From the NCBI GenBank assembly GCA_963555825.3, contig CAUVXB020000001.1:2112001-2176000 (forward strand): a stretch of 64,000 bases of DNA, written 5' to 3'. Numbering within the stretch: position 1 is the stretch's first letter; every line of letters begins with the position of its first letter. The notes under the pieces were generated by a model that did not search any database, was not told where the DNA came from, and saw only the letters and a program-made list of their open reading frames with translations. Positions 43,079-52,717 of this stretch are shown piece by piece. Position numbers and translations under genes: made by a program. This DNA is from Alphaproteobacteria bacterium. Its GTDB lineage: Bacteria > Pseudomonadota > Alphaproteobacteria > JAAXGF01.

Positions 43079-45016
43079 TTATTCGGGTAACGGCAAGGTG
43101 ATCAGGACGTTGATGCCGGAGATGTCCCGGTCGATGTTGAAAAGTTGAGGTAGGTGTCGCTCTCCTGGAGCCGTTAGGCTCCGGGTGCTGCAAACCCAAG
43201 AGGGAGAACGACACCATGGGAAAGAATATCCGTAGTTCCAGTAGCCCGAAAGCCCTTGCCACCTCGTTTCCTATGCCGCCGCTGGCAGACGCGATGGACG
43301 CAGTCCGTCTCAGCGTGGATCGGTTCTGTCTCCTGGCCGGGGTCGAGGCCTTGGCCGAGATGATGGAGGAGGACGCCACGACCGTGTGCGGGGCCCGACA
43401 TCGTCGCCATGGGAACCGTCGGGGTTATCGCTGGGGCCATACGCAGAGCGAGATCGGCTACCACGGCGGCCGCGTGAAAGTGCAGCGGCCACGGGTTCGC
43501 GACCATGCTGGCAAGGAGGTGGGTTTGGAGAGCTGGCAGGTGCTGCGCGACGGCAACCTGTTGCTCGAGTGGGCGCTCAACCTGATGGTCCTGAACGTGT
43601 CGACCCGCAAGTACCACCGCGCGGTCCGTCTGCCCGAGGGCGACCTGGCGAAAGCGCGTGGCGACGGCACCTCGAAGTCGGCCGTTTCCCGGCGCTTTGT
43701 GGCGCTGTCGCGCAAGAAGATGAAGGCCTGGCTCGCCTCGGACCTCTCGGAGCTCGACCTGCTGGTCATCCAGATCGACGGTCTGCATGTCGGCGACCAT
43801 GTCTTGGTGGCGGCGATCGGCGTCGATGGCAACGGCGACAAGCATGTCCTGGCCGTGGTCGAGGGGGCGACGGAGAACACTGTCGTCGTCCAGGCCTTGC
43901 TCGACAATCTCCTCGCCAGGGGGCTCGATCCGACGCTGCCCCGGCTGTTCATCGTCGATGGCGCGAAGGCGCTCAGCAAAGCGATCCGCAACACCTTCGG
44001 TGTGGCCGCCGCCATCCAGCGCTGCCAGGTCCACAAGGGCCGTAACATCATCGAGCGCCTGCCCCTGCATTTGCATGCAAGCGTCAAGAAGGCGCTCCGT
44101 CAGGCCTGGGACCAGGACGACGCAGACAAGGCCGAACGGCTGCTGCGCAACCTGGCCCGGCGTCTGGAGCATGAGGAACCGGGCGTCTCGGGCAGCATCC
44201 TGGAGGGGCTGGACGAGATCCTCACCGTCATCCGCCTCGGCCTGCCGCACGAACTCCGGCGCTCGCTCGCCTGCACCAACATCGTCGAGAACGCGCTCGG
44301 CACGGTGCGCCAGGTCACCCGCAACGTCAAACGCTGGAGACACGCCGAGATGGCGCTCAGATGGACCGCCGCCGGCCTGCTGGAGGCCCAGAAAACCTTC
44401 CGTCGCCTCAAGGCCTATCGTCAGCTGCCCATCCTCCGAAATGCTCTCCAGGAACACTTGAGAAAGGCTCAGGCCGACAGTGCCATTGAAACCATCATGA
44501 AGGCAGCATAGCATCATCAACCAGCGACGCCTGCCCCACGAATTTCAACAGAGATAGGGACATCGCCTTGATGCCCGAGTGACCGGAGAAACACTCAATA
44601 CGCAGTCTATACTTAATTACGTTTAATTTGGGGTCGAACGTCAACTCTCGGGGATCGTCGAGCAGTCGGAGCCGATGATTGCTGTCGGCGAGAGAACTGT
44701 TGGTCCTGCCGATAAAGCGTTGTAGTACCCGATCAATCTCGCTTGCGATCTGCTTGGCGTTTGGCTCGAGGCCTGCCCGAATTGCGATTTCCACGTTCCG
44801 AGTGATCGCTTTGATTACCTGCTTGACAAAACTCTTTAACAAACAGTCACAGAGTGGATCCATGTGTTTCGGGTTTGGAGTTATCTCTACCTGCGATCGA
44901 TGACGAGCGCCTTTTACCCGGATTGGGCAGACCCCCAGGCTGAGGAGTACTGCCCCCAGCGCTAGCAGTTTGAGTCCTTGTCTTCGGGCGAATCTCCGAG
45001 GAAGTGAATGGGTCAT
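43079..45016 (-). pseudogene. Orphan exported protein gene interrupted near its 3' end by IS256
   Basis: MTHSLPRRFARRQGLKLLALGAVLLSLG...HSGI joins NVLITLPLPE* across the 8-bp duplication. Confidence 0.6.
43118..44567 (+). mobile_element. IS256-family insertion sequence copy B (transposase 43216-44511)
   Basis: IRs as copy A; 8-bp duplication TTGATGCC. Confidence 0.93.
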
Positions 45017-45420
45017 GGTGCAGCGGTCCTCGGCAGCTTTTGCACCACCACGTATTTGGCGAATAGATAGGCGAGACGATCGAAGCCGATAACCAAATAA
45101 TTCTTTCTGAAGAAGACGGCATGTGTCTTACGTGTGCCCGCGTCCAGGTTGCGAATGATGTCGCTCAGTGCCACGATCAGTTCATCGTCGCTCGTCTCGT
45201 AGACAATGACTTCCTGACCACCGATGACCTTGATGTGGAAAGTGGTCCCGGTCAATTTAAATAAGTCGAGGTTCTCCTCCTTTGGCAATTGGTATGTGTC
45301 ACGTTCACTCTCAGCCCATTGGCTGTAGTAAGGAAGCATAGATTGGAAACGTTTCTCTAGATCGGGGATCGCGAAGATCCGTGCAAGCTCGCTGCCCTCC
45401 TGGGGGCTGAACTCGGCCAT
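45013..45420 (-). CDS. Hypothetical protein (135 aa)
   Basis: MAEFSPQEG...; start and stop overlap both neighbours; lower GC. Confidence 0.6.
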   Translation of the reverse strand: MAEFSPQEGSELARIFAIPDLEKRFQSMLPYYSQWAESERDTYQLPKEENLDLFKLTGTTFHIKVIGGQEVIVYETSDDELIVALSDIIRNLDAGTRKTHAVFFRKNYLVIGFDRLAYLFAKYVVVQKLPRTAAP

Positions 45421-45596
45421 CAGCGAATCCACTCGATGAAGATGACGAGGAAAGGCGTGAGGGTCGCAAGCAAAATCAGGATCGTCAGTAGATGGTGCTC
45501 GACAGCGATGCGCTTCTCGCGCAGCTTGGTGTGTGCCATCAGTGCGGTGCACCCCGAGATCAGCAACGACATTCCGAAAATGATCGAGAGAACTTA

Positions 45597-46771
45597 TACC
45601 AGTGAGCGCCTGAATTGACTCTCGGGATATTCATTGATGGCGGATGATGGCGGATTGTGATTCTATGGTCTCCCACCAGATGTGGGGGATGTCATGGGAT
45701 CAGCACTCAAGATACGGGATGATTTGACGCCTTTGGAGCTTCGGCGCTGGGCTCGCGTGGAATCGTACGGTCGAGCGGCGGCGCGGGCCTATGGGATCGC
45801 GAATGCTTTGGAGGAGATGCCCCGGGCTGATGCCGCGCGGCTTGCGGGGATGGATCGCCAAACGCTTCGCGACGCGGTTGTTCGTTACAATGCAAAGGGA
45901 TTGGAGGGGCTTCACGACCGTCCAAAGGGCTACTCGCCGCGGCGGCTGACGGCAGACGAGGAAGCGGCGCTGGCGGCGGTCATCATCGCCGGGCCGGAGC
46001 CTGAGCGCGACGGGGTTTGCGCCTGGACCCGGGCCGATCTGTGCCGCTGGCTGGAGGAGCGCTTCGCCAAGACCTACCACCCCTCGAGCATGACCCGGGT
46101 TCTACGGCGGATGGGATTTTCCCGCCAGAAGGCGCGCCCGAGCCACCCGCGAAGGGACGCCGAAGCGCAGGAGCGCTTCAAAAAAGGGGGCTTCGCGACA
46201 TCCTGAAGGCGACCGCCGCGGCGCATCCCGACAAGCGCCTACAGCTGTGGTTTCAGGATGAAGCGCGCGTCGGCAACAAGGGCCGGGTGTGTCACCGGTG
46301 GTGGCGCAGGGGCGAGCGTGCCCCCGGGACGCGTCAAATCGGCTACCAGTGGGCCTACATCTTCTCCGCCGTGCGCCCGGACACCGGCGACGACGTCACC
46401 CTGGTGATGCCGAGCGTCAACGCCAAGGTCATGGACCTGTTTCTCGCACACTTCGCCGATACCCTGGACCAGGATGCGCACGCCGTCATGATGTGCGACG
46501 GCGCCGGTTGGCACGACGAGCGCGCCCTCACCGTCCCCGACAACGTCACCTTGGCGCTGTTGCCGCCTTACAGTCCCGAACTCAACCCCGTCGAGCGGGT
46601 TTGGCTCTACCTACGCGAACGCTTCCTATCGCTCCGCGTCCTCGACGACACCGAGGCCATCATCGACGCCTGTTGCCAAGCATGGATCGACCTCATCGCA
46701 GAACCGGATCGTATGCGAACCCTCTGCGCCTATCCATGGATCATGAAGGTGATTTCATAGGCTCACTGGTA
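45597..46771 (+). mobile_element. IS630-family insertion sequence, copy 2 (apparently intact)
   Basis: Same IRs; orfA 45682-46206, with -1 frameshift into the DDE domain ending at 46760. Confidence 0.93.
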
Positions 46772-46774
46772 TTA

Positions 46775-47907
46775 TACCAGTGAGCGCCCTCTCGGGATAT
46801 TCATTGATGGCGGATGATGGCGGATTGTGATTCTATGGTCTCCCACCAGATGTGGGGGATGTCATGGGATCGCACTCGATACGGGATGATTTGACGCCTT
46901 TGGAGCTTCGGCGCTGGGCTCGCGTGGAATCGTACGGTCGAGCGGCGGCGCGGGCCTATGGGATCGCGAATGCTTTGGAGGAGATGCCCCGGGCTGATGC
47001 CGCGCGGCTTGATGGATCGCCAAACGCTTCGCGACGCGGTTGTTCGTTACAATGCAAAGGGATTGGAGGGGCTTCACGACCGTCCAAAGGGCTACTCGCC
47101 GCGGCGGCTGACGGCAGACGAGGAAGCGGCGCTGGCGGCGGTCATCATCGCCGGGCCGGAGCCTGAGCGCGACGGGGTTTGCGCCTGGACCCGGGCCGAT
47201 CTGTGCCGCTGGCTGGAGGAGCGCTTCGCCAAGACCTACCACCCCTCGAGCATGACCCGGGTTCTACGGCGGATGGGATTTTCCCGCCAGAAGGCGCGCC
47301 CGAGCCACCCGCGAAGGGACGCCGAAGCGCAGGATCGGGCTTCGCGACATCCTGAAGGCGACCGCCGCGGCGCATCCCGACAAGCGCCTACAGCGTTTCA
47401 GGATGAAGCGCGCGTCGGCAACAAGGGCCGGGTGTGTCACCGGTGGTGGCGCAGGGGCGAGGTGCCCCCGGGACGCGTCAAATCGGCTACCAGTGGGCCT
47501 ACATCTTCTCCGCCGTGCGCCCGGACACCGGCGACGACGTCACCCTGGTGATGCCGAGCGTCAACGCCAAGGTCATGGACCTGTTTCTCGCACACTTCGC
47601 CGATACCCACCAGGATGCGCACGCCGTCATGATGTGCGACGGCGCCGGTTGGCACGACGAGCGCGCCCTCACCGTCCCCGACAACGTCACCTTGGCGTGC
47701 CGCCTTACAGTCCCGAACTCAACCCCGTCGAGCGGGTTTGGCTCTACCTACGCGAACGCTTCCTATCGCTCCGCGTCCTCGACGACACCGAGGCCATCAT
47801 CGAGCCTGTTGCCAAGCATGGATCGACCTCATCGCAGAACCGGATCGTATGCGAACCCTCTGCGCCTATCCATGGATCATGAAGGTGATTTCATAGGCTC
47901 ACTGGTA
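46775..47907 (+). mobile_element. IS630-family copy 3, degenerate, in tandem with copy 2
   Basis: Separated from copy 2 by TTA; many small deletions. Confidence 0.8.
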
Positions 47908-48249
47908 TAAGGCCTTGCGTTGGGCGAGATCCGCGCCGCGGAACGACTCCCACTGCAAAATTGCGTAGGTGAAGAGCCCGAGGAAGAAGGGCAGAAGCCC
48001 AAGGGTGGCTGCGAAGATTCGTTCCATTGGGTGCGACGGCCCGTACATCAGGACGGATTCTACAAATTTACGCTCTTCGCAAGGCAAATGTCTAGGGTCG
48101 TACACCAAGCCACGAGCGTCTGCTTGTCCCTCGACACCAGACGAAACTGCTTACGCCGCGCGGCTACGCTCGTTCAAGAACGCCACGATGACGAGCGCCT
48201 TACCCTGGTGAAAAGGGCAAATTTGATGGGTAGAGTGTATCGCGCGTGA

Positions 48250-48273
48250 GTCGCACAATTTTCCTTTTGCGAC
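48250..48273. other. Palindromic 9-6-9 putative recombination site C
   Basis: GTCGCACAA-TTTTCC-TTTTGCGAC. Confidence 0.55.
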
Positions 48274-48522
48274 CTTCTGAGAAACGTGCACCACGAAATG
48301 CAGCCCGCCGAGCTTATGACGGCTCAAACGTTCAACACACCTAAAAGTCAGCGAGCATCGTCATCCCCAGAATGCCCGGGGGGAGGTAGCCGGCTGGGGC
48401 AAGATCGGCTGGCCGGAGGGCCAGTTCGAATTATGGGGCACCCGAGCCAAAGGAAAAGACCCCGGCTCGACGGGGTCTCTCCCCTACTGCAACACCTTGT
48501 CCTCCAACTTTCTGATGCCCCC

Positions 48523-48966
48523 CTACTCCCCCAACACCCCCGCGAAGTGCTTGGCGACGCAGGCGGCGTAGTCGGCGAGGCAGAGCGTCTTCCTGACCGA
48601 CGACGACAGGCTCGGCGCGCCGCCGACGGTGGGCAGCGACGAGCGCGGCTCGGCGCGGCCCTCGGTCTCGCTCTTCAGCGCTTCCAGGCATGCCGCGAGG
48701 GTGTCGGCGCAATCGAACGGCACGGACTTGGGGATGTCCTCGGCGATCTGCGCCTCGAGCGCCCTGACCGTGTATTCGAGCACCGCATACGAGCTCGGCG
48801 GCACCGCCCGGGTCGCGACCCAGGGCCGGATGCGGTTGGTGACGACGTACTGCACCTCGATCGTCGCGTTGGCGACGCCGTGGTAGCCCTTGGCGGTCGC
48901 GGTCGAGGTCGCATCGGCGAGCGTGCCGATCGCGTCGGCGAAGATGTCTTTGTCGGTGTCCGGCAT
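48523..48966 (-). CDS. Hypothetical protein (147 aa)
   Basis: GC3-rich codon pattern and GGGAG RBS-like sequence upstream; no recognised motif. Confidence 0.55.
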   Translation of the reverse strand: MPDTDKDIFADAIGTLADATSTATAKGYHGVANATIEVQYVVTNRIRPWVATRAVPPSSYAVLEYTVRALEAQIAEDIPKSVPFDCADTLAACLEALKSETEGRAEPRSSLPTVGGAPSLSSSVRKTLCLADYAACVAKHFAGVLGE

Positions 48967-48991
48967 GGCTATTGTCTCGCTCCCGCGTGTC

Positions 48992-49143
48992 GCTGGTCAT
49001 TTTGTGCGGTTATCTTTACTGCGTAAAGACAACCTGCGCTCAATCGCCGCGCATGCTTCCGCCGAACGGTCGGCGGCCCGCGGTCGCGGGCTGGACGATT
49101 CTGATCGATGTCAATCGATCGACTACTGCACCAGCTCACCTAG
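48992..49143 (+). repeat. Structured dispersed repeat
   Basis: GGTTATCTTTAC-TGC-GTAAAGACAACC, then the same ~62-nt core as 33536-33597. Confidence 0.85.
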
Positions 49144-50276
49144 TCTAGCACGCGGTCGAGGATCCAGTTGCCCAGGGTGTGGACAAGCGGTTCCATGATC
49201 GAGAGCCGGCCGGGGCGCGCGAAGGGCGAGGCGAGGCCTTGCTGCTGGCGGTCGGAGATCTCGTTGTCCTCGGCGATCGAGATGTCCCAGCGGCGGTAGT
49301 AGCGCGCGACCACTTCGTCGAAGTCGTCGCGCGCGACGACCGAGTTGGGAAACGACGAGCCGACCGTCAGCTTGGACCTGGTCGGGCCCTCGGGGTGCAG
49401 CTCGAGCCACCACATGCAGTCGTAGGTGCAGCCGAACATGGTCGAGGGATAGATCAGCACGTAGAAGCTGCCCTCGCCCGTATCGCCGACCAGCGTCGGG
49501 ATGTGCGGAAAGCCGGTCTCGCCGGGCAGGATCGCGCGGCTGCCCTCGTGCCGCGTGAACAGGCCGCAATAGCCGCCGCCGGTGGCGATCGGCGGGTTGT
49601 GGTCGCGCTTCTGCTTCTGGATCGAACTCATGTGCACGGTCGGCACGTGGTACGACTCCATCGCGTTCTCGACATAGATCTTCCAGTTGCACGCGAGGTC
49701 GTATTCGGCGCGCCGCGTGCAGGTCATGTCTTCGAAATGGTACGGCGCGAGCTTCTCGGGCAGATCGCCCAGGAACGTCATGAGCGGCACCGCGCCCGAG
49801 TCGAAGTTGATGAACATGAAGCCGGCCCAGGTCTCCAGCCGGATCGGCAGAAGCGCGAAATCGGCCTTGTCGAAACCGATCGTCGCGTCCATCTCGGGCG
49901 CGCCCTTGAGCGTGCCGTCGAGCGCGTAGGTCCAGCTATGGTAGGGACAGCGCAGCGCCGCGCAGTTGCCCTCGCCGGCCATCACCTTGGCGCCCCGGTG
50001 GCGGCAGGTGTTGGCGAGCGCGCGCACCACGCCGTCCTTGCCGCGCACGACGATCACCGGCACGCCGGCGAAGTCGAGCGCGAAGTAGTCGCCCGCCTTC
50101 GGGATGCGGTCGTCGCGGCCGATGAAGTTCCATTCCTTGAGGAAGATGCGCTCGACCTCGCGGGCGTAGAAGGCCTGCGAGGTGTAGCAGAACGGCGGCA
50201 GCGTCTCGGCCTCCAGATGCGGCCGGCGCACCGCGGCGTAGGCCGCCGGGTCGAACACGTCGGCTGGCGCGGTCAT
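49140..50276 (-). CDS. Rieske non-heme iron oxygenase alpha subunit
   Basis: CRH...CPYHSW; NWK..VENAMESYHVPTVH. Confidence 0.92.
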   Translation of the reverse strand: MTAPADVFDPAAYAAVRRPHLEAETLPPFCYTSQAFYAREVERIFLKEWNFIGRDDRIPKAGDYFALDFAGVPVIVVRGKDGVVRALANTCRHRGAKVMAGEGNCAALRCPYHSWTYALDGTLKGAPEMDATIGFDKADFALLPIRLETWAGFMFINFDSGAVPLMTFLGDLPEKLAPYHFEDMTCTRRAEYDLACNWKIYVENAMESYHVPTVHMSSIQKQKRDHNPPIATGGGYCGLFTRHEGSRAILPGETGFPHIPTLVGDTGEGSFYVLIYPSTMFGCTYDCMWWLELHPEGPTRSKLTVGSSFPNSVVARDDFDEVVARYYRRWDISIAEDNEISDRQQQGLASPFARPGRLSIMEPLVHTLGNWILDRVLD

Positions 50277-50854
50277 GTCGCGCGCGGCCGCCGGGCGAGC
50301 AGCCCGTCGGAGGGCCGCGCCGCCTTGGCGAGGTCGCTCCAGCCGTAGGCCATCTCGCGCAGAACGCGGCCCCACTGGCGCTCGCGGCGCACCGCCACCA
50401 GCGCCCCGCCCATGGCGTGATAGAAGAACCGCGACGGGTTGTCGGCGAGCACCCAGATCAGCGCCGACCGCCTGCCGACCCCAGTGAGCGTTGCGAAGAG
50501 ATTGGACAGCAGCGCCCGGCCGATGCCCCGCCCCCGATAGTCGGGCAGCACATAGAGCGTGAAGACTTCGCCGTCATACGGCAGCGCGCCGGCCCGCATC
50601 GGGCCGCAGCTGCCGAAGCCGACGACGCCGGCGCCGCGGCAATCGGCGACCGCGACCTGCTGCCCCGCCCTGGCCCCCGCTATCGCGTCGCGCCAGCCGG
50701 CGGTGAGCCGGCGCTCGGACATGCCGAGCAGCATCCGGTCGGGCAGCACGCCGGCGTAGGTCTCGCGCCAGGTCTCGACCTCGACGCGCGCGATCCCCGC
50801 GGCGTCGCCGGCGCAGGCTCTGCGTAATGACACCATCGGTGATTTTGCTACCAC
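50273..50854 (-). CDS. GNAT-family N-acetyltransferase
   Basis: LYVLPDYRGRGIGRAL, WVLADNPSRFFY..MGG. Confidence 0.88.
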   Translation of the reverse strand: MVAKSPMVSLRRACAGDAAGIARVEVETWRETYAGVLPDRMLLGMSERRLTAGWRDAIAGARAGQQVAVADCRGAGVVGFGSCGPMRAGALPYDGEVFTLYVLPDYRGRGIGRALLSNLFATLTGVGRRSALIWVLADNPSRFFYHAMGGALVAVRRERQWGRVLREMAYGWSDLAKAARPSDGLLARRPRAT

Positions 50855-50956
50855 GACTTCGGGCGGCGAGTCGACTCCGCCGGCGCCTCGTTTGCGCGGG
50901 GCGCCGCACGCGACGGGACCGACGGGTGGTGTCGCGGGTGTCAGCGGTCCCGGCGC

Positions 50957-52717
50957 TCACCCCTCCAGCCCCGCCTTGCGCAGGCCATCGATGAAATGCG
51001 CGCGGCCGGCCTTGTCCGTGAACGGTATCGCCTGGTCGACGAAGGCGTCGGACACATCGGGCTTGATCGCGCGCACGCGGTCGAGCGCGGCGCGCGCCTC
51101 GTCGGGGCGGCCGAGCAGCCCGAGCGCGCTGACCTCGGGCATATGCGCCCAGATCGCCGCGTTCGGTTGCCGGAGCGCCTTGCGGGCCCAGTCGAGCGCC
51201 TCGTCATGGCGCTCGAGCACGATGAGCGCGATGGCCTTGCTCGCCATGAACGCCCACATCAGCGGATCGCGCGGGCTCAACCGCATCGCCTCGTCGTGCG
51301 ACACGATGGCCTCCGCCGGACGTCCGGCCATCCACAGGCTGTGGGCGCGCCCGAAATGAGCGCTGGCGTAGTTGGGATTGAGGGCTATGGCGTTGTCGCA
51401 GGCCGCGATCGCCGCGTCGTGCTCGGCGCGGATCGTATGCACGCGGCCAAGCGCGACATGTGCGAACGGTTCGTTCGCATCGATCGTCACGGCGGTCTCG
51501 CCGGCGGCGAGCGCACGGGCGAGGTCGTTGTCGGGTCGATCCGTAAAACCCAGAACGATGCCGTAATAAAGCGCGAAGGCCAGAGCCGCGTGGGCCGACG
51601 CGAAGGTCGGGTCGAGGCCGACGGCGCGCTGGAGAAATTCCAACGCCGCCGCGAAGTCGTCGGCCCTGTATTGATACAAGTGCCAAAGACCCCGCTGATA
51701 GCAGTCCCAGGCGTCGAGGCTTTCGGTCGGCTTGCGGCGCGCGCGCTGACGCTCGACGCTGCCCAAGGTCGGCTCGATGGCCGTGACGATCGCCAGCGTC
51801 ACCTCGTCCTGGACCGCGAAGATGTCCTCCAGCTCGCGGTCGTAGCGTTCCGCCCAGAGATGCGTATCGGCGACGGCGTCGATCAGCTGGGCGGTGATGC
51901 GCACGCGGTTGCCGGCGCGCCGCACGCTGCCCTCGACGATGTAACGGACGCCCAGCTTGCGGCCGATGTCCTTGACCTCAAGCGTCTGCCCCTTGAACGA
52001 GAACGACGAGTTGCGCGCGATGACGAACAGCGAGTGGAACTTCGAAAGTTCGGTGATGATGTCTTCCGAAATGCCGTCGGCGAAGAACTCCTGATCGGCG
52101 TCGCCCGACATGTCGGTGAACGGCAGCACCGCGATCGAGGGTTTGTCGGGCAGCGCCAGCGCCTCGCCGGACCGCGCGACGGCCGCGCCGCCGGGTTCCT
52201 GGAGGTTGACGCCGTAGACCCGCACCGGCTTGGCGATGTTCTTGACGCACCGGGCGCCGAGATCGTCGAAAGCGATGTCGACCTTGCCGTCGACATACTC
52301 GAAGACCGTGCCCGAGATGCACACGCCGCCAGGCTCGGCAATCTCCTGGATGCGCGCGGCGACGTTGACACCGTCGCCGTAGATGTCATCGCCGTCGATG
52401 ATGATGTCGCCGAGATTGACGCCAATGCGAAACGCGATGCGCGTGCTCTCGGGTGCCTCGGCATTGCGCTCGGCCATGCCGCGCTGCACGGCGACGGCGC
52501 ACTCGACGGCGTCGACGACGCTCGGGAACTCGACCAGCGCGCCGTCGCCCATCAGCTTGACGAGCCGCCCGCCACGCACGGCGATCGCCGGGTCGACGCA
52601 CTCGGCGCGATGCGCCTTGAGGCGCGCAAGCGTCCCCGCCTCGTCGGCGCCCATCAGGCGCGAGTAGCCGACCACGTCCGCCGACAGAATGGCCGCGAGC
52701 CGGCGCTGGACGCTCAT
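50957..52717 (-). CDS. Class III adenylate/guanylate cyclase with TolB-like and TPR domains
   Basis: RRLAAILSADVVGYSRLM, GDGVNVAAR, KPSIAVLPF, TPR-like C-terminus. Confidence 0.92.
   Translation of the reverse strand: MSVQRRLAAILSADVVGYSRLMGADEAGTLARLKAHRAECVDPAIAVRGGRLVKLMGDGALVEFPSVVDAVECAVAVQRGMAERNAEAPESTRIAFRIGVNLGDIIIDGDDIYGDGVNVAARIQEIAEPGGVCISGTVFEYVDGKVDIAFDDLGARCVKNIAKPVRVYGVNLQEPGGAAVARSGEALALPDKPSIAVLPFTDMSGDADQEFFADGISEDIITELSKFHSLFVIARNSSFSFKGQTLEVKDIGRKLGVRYIVEGSVRRAGNRVRITAQLIDAVADTHLWAERYDRELEDIFAVQDEVTLAIVTAIEPTLGSVERQRARRKPTESLDAWDCYQRGLWHLYQYRADDFAAALEFLQRAVGLDPTFASAHAALAFALYYGIVLGFTDRPDNDLARALAAGETAVTIDANEPFAHVALGRVHTIRAEHDAAIAACDNAIALNPNYASAHFGRAHSLWMAGRPAEAIVSHDEAMRLSPRDPLMWAFMASKAIALIVLERHDEALDWARKALRQPNAAIWAHMPEVSALGLLGRPDEARAALDRVRAIKPDVSDAFVDQAIPFTDKAGRAHFIDGLRKAGLEG

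Larger units (their letters stand above)
45420..48108 (-). pseudogene. Small orphan membrane protein gene split by tandem IS630 copies
   Basis: ...IFAATLGLLPFFLGLFTYAIL...AQRKAL continues as VLSIIFGMSLLISG...LLTILILLATLTPFLVIFIEWIR* beyond the IS pair. Confidence 0.6.
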
